From positions 60,187-124,186 of the forward strand of contig CAJUSZ010000001.1 of the NCBI GenBank assembly GCA_910589425.1: a stretch of DNA of 64,000 nucleotides, written 5' to 3'. The translations under genes were made by a program, and so were the position numbers. The notes beneath the pieces were generated by a model. The model ran no database searches and was not told the DNA's origin. It was given only the letters and a program-made list of their open reading frames with translations. Shown piece by piece: positions 11,521-19,828 of this stretch. The stretch comes from an uncultured Muribaculaceae bacterium (GTDB taxonomy: Bacteria; Bacteroidota; Bacteroidia; Bacteroidales; Muribaculaceae). Numbering within the stretch: position 1 is the stretch's first letter; every line of letters starts with the position of its first letter.

Positions 11521-11551
11521 AAAGATCCGGTATAATTGCCGGATCTTTTTT
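11521..11551 (+). terminator. Intrinsic terminator after pyrF
   Basis: AAAGATCCGG / CCGGATCTTT inverted repeat ending in a T run. Confidence 0.8.
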
Positions 11552-11618
11552 ACATCAAATTGGCCAGATGTTTGTTATTAAATAAAAAACAATCATCTAC
11601 ATTATTAAAACAAAAACT

Positions 11619-11792
11619 ATGAAAACACTTTCCATCATTTGTTATGCCGTGGGATCAATCCTGCTCATAATATCTTGTTTTATATCCAGCGTAACCGCTA
11701 CATGGTGGCTTGGAGGCGTGGCTGTGGTCTTGCTGATTGCAGGATGTTTCTGTCAGTACAACTCAAGTAAATCAAGGCGTGACATAAGGTAG
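11619..11792 (+). CDS. Small 57-aa two-TM membrane protein (not in ORF track)
   Basis: Manual translation MKTLSIICYAVGSILLIISCFISSVTATWWLGGVAVVLLIAGCFCQYNSSKSRRDIR*. A-rich initiation region with A at -3; flanked by terminators. Confidence 0.75.
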   Translation: MKTLSIICYAVGSILLIISCFISSVTATWWLGGVAVVLLIAGCFCQYNSSKSRRDIR

Positions 11793-11829
11793 CGACCGTT
11801 TTCTGTCGACAAGCGGTTACTATGCGCAT

Positions 11830-11866
11830 ATCCAGCAGGTTTGAAAGTTTGCCTGCTGGATTTTTT
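11830..11866 (+). terminator. Intrinsic terminator after the small ORF
   Basis: ATCCAGCAGG / CCTGCTGGAT stem followed by a T run. Confidence 0.8.
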
Positions 11867-12020
11867 AAATTAATGTGCGTATATTGTAAAAAATGTTTAT
11901 CTTTGCAGTTTAAGCCGCTCAATTTGATGTGCATGCATGTGTGCCGTTAATGCGACTGGTCTAATTATGGCACGGTTAATTATCAGCATATCGCTGTATT
12001 CTTAGGATAAAAATAGTATT

Positions 12021-13892
12021 ATGGAAGTTGATTACGATATTGTAATAAAGCAAAGGGCGCAGCATGTGTTTGATGTAATGGCGTCAACTTCTTCGCCAGC
12101 GGAACTCAAGAAATTGCAGGACGCTTTTGAACTGGCGCGTAAGGCTCACGCGAAACAGAAAAGAAAAACCGGTGAACCATATATACTTCATCCGATAGCC
12201 GTTGCCACAATAGCGGCCGAGGAATTGATGCTCGGTGTAAATCCTGTTGTCGCAGCTTTCCTGCATGATGTGGTGGAAGACACTTCCTATACGATAGGGG
12301 ATATTCAAAGAATGTTTGGTGAGGATGTGGCATTTTTGGTCAGAGTCGTAACTAAACAGAAAAAGGAGAAATATGACGATTCCAAGCAAGTGGATAATTA
12401 CAGGCAGATGCTCGACTCCATAGAGTATGACATCCGCGCTCTTCTTGTCAAGCTCGCAGACAGGCTCCACAACATGCGTACTCTGTCTTCCATGAGACCG
12501 GACAAACAGATGAAGATAGCAGGAGAGACAGACTATTTCTATGCGCCGCTTGCCAACAGACTTGGTTTCTACAATGTGAAGACTGAACTTGAAAATCTGA
12601 GTTTCAGATTCAGATGTCCCCATGAATATGAGGAGATTTCCTCATTGATAGCGGGCGACGAGGCGAGCCAGCGATCCCGGCTAAAAATCTTCGCAGACGA
12701 GATAAAACGCGTTTTGAAAGAAGCCGGCATTGAAGTGCAGGTTTTTGTAGAATATAGAAAGCCATACAGTGTCTGGAGAAAGATGCAGAAGCAGGGCGAT
12801 GATTTCAATCATCTGAAATACAGGCATTTTACCGATATAATCTACAGGCAACCTGCTGGCATATCGGAAAAAGACATGGCTCTTAAGATCTATTCCGTAT
12901 TGACAAACAGATTTCGCGAGAAACCCGGAGGAATATCCAATTACATAGACAGTCCGAAAGAGAATGGATATCAGAGCTTCCATGTAAAACTTCTTGCTGA
13001 TTTCGGTAGATGGCAGGAGGTGCATATAAGCAGTGAGCGCATGATCCGAGATTCTCAATTGGGATGCATGGCTGAGAGGACAGAAGACAATATACAGAGA
13101 TGGATTAAGAAATTCAGGGATGTGCTTAGGGATATCGCCCACCATTCAGGAGATGGCTCAAATTTTATCGAGAATGTGGTTACATCGTTCTATAACGATG
13201 ATATAATGACATTTACTCCACAAGGGCGTCCGGTGATATTGCCTAAAAAAGCCACTGTGATAGATTTTGCGTATGAAGTGCATTCAGCGTTGGGGGAAAA
13301 AGCGCAGTATGCCCGGGTGAATGGTTTCCTTACTTCAATCAAGGCACCTCTCCATCGTGGAGATGTAGTGGAAATCTTTACTGAGAAAGAAAATCATCCG
13401 TCTGCCGACTGGCTTGATGCTGCCGTAACATATAAGGCACGCAAGGCCATCAGATCATATATATCGAGACAGCCCAAACCTGCATATAACAGGTGTAAGA
13501 GATGTTCACCCATTCCCGGGGAAGAAGTTGTAGGTTTTCGGGAGAAAGACGGGATGATAACATTGCATAAAAGGGATTGTCCTATTGCGATAAAACTGGC
13601 TTCCCAGAAAGGAGACGATATAGTCTCTGTGGATTTCAAGTCTGACGGGACATTATACCCTGTAAAGATAACAGTACGGGCTGTAGACAGATATCATCTT
13701 TTAATCGACCTTGTAGACTGTATCTCCAATGAACTACATCTGGCCATAAGCAGCATCAACACAGAGTCTCTTGATTCCATCGTGACATGTACGGTAGAGT
13801 TTGCTGTTCATTCATATATAGAATTACAGTCCATCATATCCCACATAGAGACTATTCCTGGTGTGGATGAAGTCAAAAGAAAAAAACTTTAG
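12021..13892 (+). CDS. Long RelA/SpoT homolog (HD hydrolase intact, synthetase degenerate; TGS, ZFD and ACT domains)
   Basis: RKTGEPYILHP, LHDVVED, KLADRLHNMRT, PKENGYQSFH, FTPQG..IDFAYEVH, CKRCSPIPG..HKRDC. A TATCTTTG promoter element lies at 11898-11905. Confidence 0.93.
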   Translation: MEVDYDIVIKQRAQHVFDVMASTSSPAELKKLQDAFELARKAHAKQKRKTGEPYILHPIAVATIAAEELMLGVNPVVAAFLHDVVEDTSYTIGDIQRMFGEDVAFLVRVVTKQKKEKYDDSKQVDNYRQMLDSIEYDIRALLVKLADRLHNMRTLSSMRPDKQMKIAGETDYFYAPLANRLGFYNVKTELENLSFRFRCPHEYEEISSLIAGDEASQRSRLKIFADEIKRVLKEAGIEVQVFVEYRKPYSVWRKMQKQGDDFNHLKYRHFTDIIYRQPAGISEKDMALKIYSVLTNRFREKPGGISNYIDSPKENGYQSFHVKLLADFGRWQEVHISSERMIRDSQLGCMAERTEDNIQRWIKKFRDVLRDIAHHSGDGSNFIENVVTSFYNDDIMTFTPQGRPVILPKKATVIDFAYEVHSALGEKAQYARVNGFLTSIKAPLHRGDVVEIFTEKENHPSADWLDAAVTYKARKAIRSYISRQPKPAYNRCKRCSPIPGEEVVGFREKDGMITLHKRDCPIAIKLASQKGDDIVSVDFKSDGTLYPVKITVRAVDRYHLLIDLVDCISNELHLAISSINTESLDSIVTCTVEFAVHSYIELQSIISHIETIPGVDEVKRKKL

Positions 13893-13984
13893 GAAAAGCC
13901 CGTAAACAGCATATACAAAAAGAAGATTCTTTGTGTTATGATTTACACAAAGAATCTCAGATATATACGTGAATTTCCCGTTTA

Positions 13985-15382
13985 TTACTGTTTCATTGTC
14001 TTTGAGGCTTTCTTTCCGGATTTTGTGCCGGTTTTCGGTATTGTCACGGGAAGATCGACAGCTGCATTGTTGATGTCGTCGGCATTAAGAATATTATTCC
14101 TCAAAGTTCTGACTTCCTTATTCAACTCATCTATCTCGGCCGATTGATTTCTAATTGTGAGCAAAAGTGAGTTTAGCTCTTCATTTTCAATCTCTTCAGG
14201 GAATTGCTCCTGTACTCTGACTATGAAATCGGCCAGAACATTCATATAATTTGTGAATGCCGAGAAAGGTGAATCATACGGGCTGAAAGAGGAATGGGCG
14301 GCTCCATCGTCAAGTTTTTTCGTACTCATATAATAGAAATGATCCGAACTCTGCAGATATTCCCAGTCCTGCTTCAGGCGGCGGTCATCACAAAGATTTA
14401 CACGCTCGGCTACTGAATACAGCTTGTCGAGGGCCTCACGCTGAAGATTGTTGCCTTTCCACGCGGAGACATCCCGGGCCTCGTCTGTCCCGGATATCGG
14501 ATAGGGGATAGCCAGATCGCCCACCGGCTTCAGCTTGGCCGAAACTTCCGAAGGCATAGCGAAAACTATCCCTCGTTCTTTGGCGAAACGGGGAAGAGCG
14601 CGTACAAAGTCAAAGATTCCCGTGGAGTTTGGCAGGAAAGGCCCGAACGTATCCATGCTGAAATACAGATTGACCACTTGCTCCTCTTCGGGCAAAGCTG
14701 CTATCCAGTCCATATACTTGTCGGCGGTCAACGGGTATTCATCCCATGAAGGATCTCCAAAGCGGCGTGATATGTCTTCTGACAGTTTGTCATTCGTGAG
14801 CAGCAGTTTAAGCGCGGGCGCCGATGCCGCTGTATAAAGGTAATTAGGCGATTTCCATCCAAGAATGTGTTTGGCTCCTTCTGTAACAGCCGTTTTGAAA
14901 CCCATCGAGTTTATAAGCAGCGCAATCTCGTCATCATAGATCAGCTCCGTGTTTGTGAACACGGTCGGTTTTTGTCCGAACAGCTTGAATATCAAATCGT
15001 CGTGGAGTTTTACCTCCCGCATGAATTCCTCAGGATCCTGAAGGGAAGACAAGGAATGTGAATACGTTTCGGAAAGAAACTCTACGCATCCTGTATCCGC
15101 GAGTTTACGGAGTACGCCAATGAATTCAGGCACATGGATCTGAATCTGCTCGATAGCAGTTCCGGTGATTGAAATAGCACATTTGAAATCCTTGCCGTTT
15201 TGTCTGATTATATCAAGCACCATGTTTCCCATCGGGATATAGCTTTGTTCGGCAAGACGGTTGATGATTTCATCATTTGCGAAATCATCATAGTAATAAT
15301 GGTCGTTGCCGATATCGAAAAAACGGTAACGTTTCAGACGGAATGGCTGATGTATTTTAAAATAGAAACAAATATTTTTCAT
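13985..15382 (-). CDS. Glycoside hydrolase family 57 (alpha-amylase-like)
   Basis: HQP, ETYSH, NTELIY, LQSSDHFYYM; last gene of the glycogen operon. Confidence 0.92.
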   Translation of the reverse strand: MKNICFYFKIHQPFRLKRYRFFDIGNDHYYYDDFANDEIINRLAEQSYIPMGNMVLDIIRQNGKDFKCAISITGTAIEQIQIHVPEFIGVLRKLADTGCVEFLSETYSHSLSSLQDPEEFMREVKLHDDLIFKLFGQKPTVFTNTELIYDDEIALLINSMGFKTAVTEGAKHILGWKSPNYLYTAASAPALKLLLTNDKLSEDISRRFGDPSWDEYPLTADKYMDWIAALPEEEQVVNLYFSMDTFGPFLPNSTGIFDFVRALPRFAKERGIVFAMPSEVSAKLKPVGDLAIPYPISGTDEARDVSAWKGNNLQREALDKLYSVAERVNLCDDRRLKQDWEYLQSSDHFYYMSTKKLDDGAAHSSFSPYDSPFSAFTNYMNVLADFIVRVQEQFPEEIENEELNSLLLTIRNQSAEIDELNKEVRTLRNNILNADDINNAAVDLPVTIPKTGTKSGKKASKTMKQ

Positions 15383-15438
15383 CTGGTTGATTCTGTTTTT
15401 CAGTTGAGTGATTATTCAGCAATATCAGGTCAGTGTTC

Positions 15439-16692
15439 TTAAATCACCTTCTTGTAGATATCGATTACTTTCTTTCCTGCTTTTTCCCATGTTATTCCCT
15501 TTATCTCTTCAATGCCGTCGTTACGCAATTGATGATAGAGAGCCGGATATGAAGTGATGGCATGAATGGCGTCAGCCATTGCGTCAATATCCCAGTAGTC
15601 GGTCTTGATTACATTATGGAGTATTTCCGCGCAGCCACTCTGCTTTGATATTATAGACGGGACGCCCATTTGCATTGCCTCAAGCGGGGATATGCCGAAT
15701 GGTTCGGAAACTGACGGCATGATATAGACATCGGAATCCTTGAGCATTTCGTAGACCTGCTTGCCTTTCAGGAAGCCTGTGAAGTGGAACCGGTCTGCGA
15801 TTCCACGTTTTGCAGCAAGTTTTATCATGTCTTCCATCATATCTCCTGAACCGGCCATCACAAATCTTACATTCTTGTTCTTCTTTAGGACTTTTGCCGC
15901 TGCCTCGACAAAGTATTCGGGGCCTTTCTGCATGGTGATGCGGCCAAGAAAAGTAACTACCTTCTCATGCTTATTGCGGCGTGGGAGATTCAGAAGTTCA
16001 TCGCTCAGCGGAATGACAGCATTATGTACCGTCGTAACCTTATCCGGGTTTATTCCATATTTCTCAATCACAGTGCGGCGTGTAAGGTCTGAGACTGTTA
16101 TGATGTGGTCTGCGTTGTTCATGCCGTCTTTCTCGATTGCGAATACTGTGGGATTCACATTCCCTCTGGATCTGTCGAAGTCTGTGGCATGGACATGGAT
16201 CACGAGCGGCCTGCCGGTTACATTTTTTGCATGTATTCCGGCCGGATATGTAAGCCAATCATGCGAGTGGATCACATCGCATGGGATTGTGCGGGCTATG
16301 ACTCCGGCAACAATGGAATAGTTGTTTATCTCCTCAAGAATGTTGTCAGGATATCGGCCGGAAAACTCAATGCAGCCGAGATCGTTGAGCTTCATATAGT
16401 TGAAGTCGGCATAAATATGATCTCTGAGATCGAAATAGACCTGAGGATCCATAAATCTTCCGATGCGTGATTCAACATAATCCCAATTGACATCGCGCCA
16501 TGCGACAGGAGTGTTGCATGCTCCGATAATATGGGCGAAATCACGTTCTTCGTCGCCCCATGGCTTTGGAATTACAAACGTTATATCCATGTCGCCGTTT
16601 GCATGCATTCCTTTTGTAAGGCCGTAGCTTGCGGTTCCAAGACCACCTAATATATGGGGAGGAAACTCCCATCCGAACATTAAAGCCTTCAT
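15439..16692 (-). CDS. GT4 glycosyltransferase (glycogen/alpha-glucan synthase-like)
   Basis: FGWEFPP..GGLG, HDWLT, PSVSEPFGISPLEA. Confidence 0.92.
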   Translation of the reverse strand: MKALMFGWEFPPHILGGLGTASYGLTKGMHANGDMDITFVIPKPWGDEERDFAHIIGACNTPVAWRDVNWDYVESRIGRFMDPQVYFDLRDHIYADFNYMKLNDLGCIEFSGRYPDNILEEINNYSIVAGVIARTIPCDVIHSHDWLTYPAGIHAKNVTGRPLVIHVHATDFDRSRGNVNPTVFAIEKDGMNNADHIITVSDLTRRTVIEKYGINPDKVTTVHNAVIPLSDELLNLPRRNKHEKVVTFLGRITMQKGPEYFVEAAAKVLKKNKNVRFVMAGSGDMMEDMIKLAAKRGIADRFHFTGFLKGKQVYEMLKDSDVYIMPSVSEPFGISPLEAMQMGVPSIISKQSGCAEILHNVIKTDYWDIDAMADAIHAITSYPALYHQLRNDGIEEIKGITWEKAGKKVIDIYKKVI

Positions 16693-18659
16693 CTGGTATA
16701 TAATTCAGAGTTTTGGAGTTTATTTATTTCTTTTACATTTTTCAGAGTCCTCAGGATCTCTCCGACATTCTTGGCAGTCGATACAGCGCCATGTCCCGCA
16801 TAAGGTGGATTTCCATCATATAACTCAGATAGCGACCCGATACATCCTTCGGTCATCTCGTCTTCATACCCTATAAGCATCCGCTCAATGAACGACAGGC
16901 CAGCAACTCCGAACACCTTGAAATATGCGTCAGCATAGAACCCGAATAACCAAGGTCTCGCAGGTCCCTGATGCACCGCATACTCCCGCTCGGTAGGATT
17001 GCCGACATAAGAAGGTGTGTAAGCGAAACTTTTGGGTGAAAGAGATCTCAGCCCTTTCGGAGTAAGGAGTTCGCGGGTAACGAGGTCGAGAATCCTCTTG
17101 CGCTGCCTGCGGTCGAGGGGGGAATATTCAAGACCAATGGCTATAGCCATATTGGGCCTTACCTCAAGGTCTGTGTACGATCCGTCTACATAATCATACA
17201 GATATCCGTATTCATTCAGGAACGTAGAGATGAATGACTCCTTTGTTTTATCGGCCAAAGCCTTTATTTCCGCACAATAATGGCGTTCATCAGGTTCAGC
17301 ATCGTAGAGAGAGTTCAGAAAGCACAGTGCGTTATACCATAAGGCGTTGAATTCTACGATATAGCCTGTACGCGGGATTATCGGTTTGCCTCCGATTGAC
17401 GCGGACATCCAGCTTACAGGGGTTACGCGTCCGTCTGTTCTGACCAATCCATTGTCGTCAAGGCTTAAATTCCGGATTCTTCCGTTTCGTATGTCGTCTA
17501 CAATACGACGGACTTCGGAACCATATTTCTCTCTGCACGCGGAAGTTCCATCTGTCCGCCTGAATTGTTGTATTGCCCAGATGACCCATAGCGGTATATC
17601 CGGAAGATCAAGCTCGCTGATTACCTTATCTTCTTTACCATTGTCGATGAGATTTCTGAGCGCCGCGAGGAAAGTGTCCATTATGGTAACATAGTCGTCC
17701 TTATGATTGATGGCGAGAGTGCATCCCGGAAGGGCTATGAGTTCATCGCGGCTTCTGACCCTATACCACGGATAACCTGCCATAATATACATTCCACTCC
17801 TGTTTTTAAGATAAAACTGTTTAGCGGAATTTTTAAGACAGTTATAGAAACTTGTCCGTGATGTTCTTGTGGCTATTTCCCCGGTATAAGTCTGTTCAAA
17901 CTCCTTCGGATCGCATTCGAATGTGGATGCGGAGAAAATTATTGATTCTCCTTTTTTGATCGGCACTTCAAAATAACCAGGAACCCACAGATCCTCCTTG
18001 TAGGGAATGCCGCGGTTCTTATCTTTATAATACTCTATCCCTTTATACCAATGGCCGTCTGAAATCCATTCCGCTGGCTTGGAGAACTGCATGTAAAGTT
18101 CGGGATATCCGTTGTAAAGACACGTTGCGATGCCGTTGTCAACCGGTCTGATGTCTTTATTGACCACATCATTTTCCATGCAAAGGTCGTTTGCGTTACG
18201 GAACGCGAGAAACGGCCTGAACTGAAGTTTTGTCTCGCTATGAGCCTCTACCAAAGTGTATTTTATAAGAATCCTGTTCTCATGGGATATGAAAATCTTT
18301 TCTTTGGTCAGAATCACTCCCCCGACGCGATAAGTAACCGTGGGAACTGTATCGCATGAATACTCCCGTATATATTTATGGCCATTGGGACTGAAAATGC
18401 TGTCGCCGTATTGATGCAGTCCTAAATTGAACGGTGCGCCGTGCTGGATGACTGTTTCATCGAGGGAGGACAGAAGTATATGAGCCTTGTCATCCATTTC
18501 CGGAATCGGGATGACAAGCAATCCGTGTTGCTTGCGTGTGTTGCATCCGACGATTGTTGTGCAGTGATACGCACCGGATTTATTGGTCCGTAGCATCTCT
18601 TTGGGGAGACTCTGCTCAAGATTTATCATCAGACTTTTGTCAAATTTGAGGTAACTCAT
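16689..18659 (-). CDS. Glycogen debranching enzyme / amylo-alpha-1,6-glucosidase
   Basis: NTRKQHGLL, AGYPW, VEFNALWYNAL, RPN, TPKGLRSLSP. Confidence 0.92.
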   Translation of the reverse strand: MSYLKFDKSLMINLEQSLPKEMLRTNKSGAYHCTTIVGCNTRKQHGLLVIPIPEMDDKAHILLSSLDETVIQHGAPFNLGLHQYGDSIFSPNGHKYIREYSCDTVPTVTYRVGGVILTKEKIFISHENRILIKYTLVEAHSETKLQFRPFLAFRNANDLCMENDVVNKDIRPVDNGIATCLYNGYPELYMQFSKPAEWISDGHWYKGIEYYKDKNRGIPYKEDLWVPGYFEVPIKKGESIIFSASTFECDPKEFEQTYTGEIATRTSRTSFYNCLKNSAKQFYLKNRSGMYIMAGYPWYRVRSRDELIALPGCTLAINHKDDYVTIMDTFLAALRNLIDNGKEDKVISELDLPDIPLWVIWAIQQFRRTDGTSACREKYGSEVRRIVDDIRNGRIRNLSLDDNGLVRTDGRVTPVSWMSASIGGKPIIPRTGYIVEFNALWYNALCFLNSLYDAEPDERHYCAEIKALADKTKESFISTFLNEYGYLYDYVDGSYTDLEVRPNMAIAIGLEYSPLDRRQRKRILDLVTRELLTPKGLRSLSPKSFAYTPSYVGNPTEREYAVHQGPARPWLFGFYADAYFKVFGVAGLSFIERMLIGYEDEMTEGCIGSLSELYDGNPPYAGHGAVSTAKNVGEILRTLKNVKEINKLQNSELYTR

Positions 18660-18804
18660 AGATGCGAAGTAGGTTTGGGTAGTAGATCTGATATTATTAC
18701 TTCAGGTAGAAATGCATGTTTTACCGCCGTTATCAGAAAGATTCCATATAAAAAGTAACTTTGCCGGCCAATGACCGGTTCCTTACGGTATAAGAAAAAT
18801 CTTA

Positions 18805-18836
18805 CAAAGCTACCTGTCTCTATATATTATAACAAA
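18805..18836 (-). promoter_or_regulatory. Primary-sigma promoter of the glycogen operon
   Basis: Minus strand TTTG-N20-TAGCTTTG. Confidence 0.6.
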
Positions 18837-18864
18837 GTTTCCGGCCAAAAGTATATAATATTAT

Positions 18865-18904
18865 AAAAAAAACAAAAGGTCGGACTTCACAGCCAGGCCT
18901 TTTG
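18865..18904 (-). terminator. Intrinsic terminator after the FtsE-like gene
   Basis: Minus strand CAAAAGGCC..CTGTGAAG..GACCTTTTG followed by T8. Confidence 0.75.
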
Positions 18905-18963
18905 AAACCATTTAAAATTTAACCATTCAAAGCGCTCGTAGAAATATTCCACGGACGCTATAC

Positions 18964-19638
18964 TTATTCACAACATATCAGATGTTTATCTTCACACCTT
19001 AACAACCGCGCTGGGAAATCTTCCACAAGAGACAGGTTATGCGTAGCCATGACAATGGAGTGTCCCTGGGATGCAAGTTTGTGTAGGAGCTGAACTATAT
19101 GATAACCGGTCTGGGGATCGAGATTGCCGGTAGGCTCGTCGGCAAGAATAAGAGCCGGCTTGTTGAGCAGAGCCCGTGCTATAACCACTCGCTGCTGCTC
19201 GCCACCGCTAAGTTCATGGGGCATCTTGTAGCTTTTATTCTGCATTCCAACCTCGGTAAGGACTTCATCGATGCGATCGTCTATTTCAGATTTGTTTTTC
19301 CAACCTGTAGCCTGAAGTACGAATCGAAGGTTTGATTTTACTGCACGATCCTGGAGAAGTTGGAAATCCTGAAATACAATGCCTGTCTTTCTACGCAGAA
19401 AAGGGATCTGGCTCCTCTTGATATGGAGTATATCATAACCAAGCACCTCCGCTTTTTCTCCTCCGGCAGGCATTACATCTGCATATATCGTTTTCAACAG
19501 TGAACTTTTGCCACTGCCAACCCGACCCACAAGATAGCAAAATTCTCCCTTACGCAGTTTGAAGCTTACGTCTTTGAGTACTATACGTTCGGCACGGGAA
19601 ATGTCGACATTTTTATATTCAACAATTGCGTTTTCCAT
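18964..19638 (-). CDS. FtsE-like ABC transporter ATP-binding protein
   Basis: [40 protein letters not shown]. Start moved to MENAIV because a -7 promoter element overlaps the longer start. Confidence 0.85.
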   Translation of the reverse strand: MENAIVEYKNVDISRAERIVLKDVSFKLRKGEFCYLVGRVGSGKSSLLKTIYADVMPAGGEKAEVLGYDILHIKRSQIPFLRRKTGIVFQDFQLLQDRAVKSNLRFVLQATGWKNKSEIDDRIDEVLTEVGMQNKSYKMPHELSGGEQQRVVIARALLNKPALILADEPTGNLDPQTGYHIVQLLHKLASQGHSIVMATHNLSLVEDFPARLLRCEDKHLICCE

Positions 19639-19647
19639 TTTGCAGTG

Positions 19648-19678
19648 CAAAGTTATTACTTTTTTGAATTATAACAAA
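19648..19678 (-). promoter_or_regulatory. Primary-sigma promoter of the FtsE-like gene
   Basis: Minus strand TTTG-N19-TAACTTTG. Confidence 0.65.
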
Positions 19679-19828
19679 GTTTTTGCATATACTTCTCGAT
19701 TAAATTTAAATCTTCTATGCCTAAAATTTTGTAAATCACTGAAATTTAAGGAATAGTATATGGTTTTGCGCGCTGCGTGCATACGAACTCCTTGTTTTGA
19801 GATGAAATATTTTGTATCTTTGTAGGCT

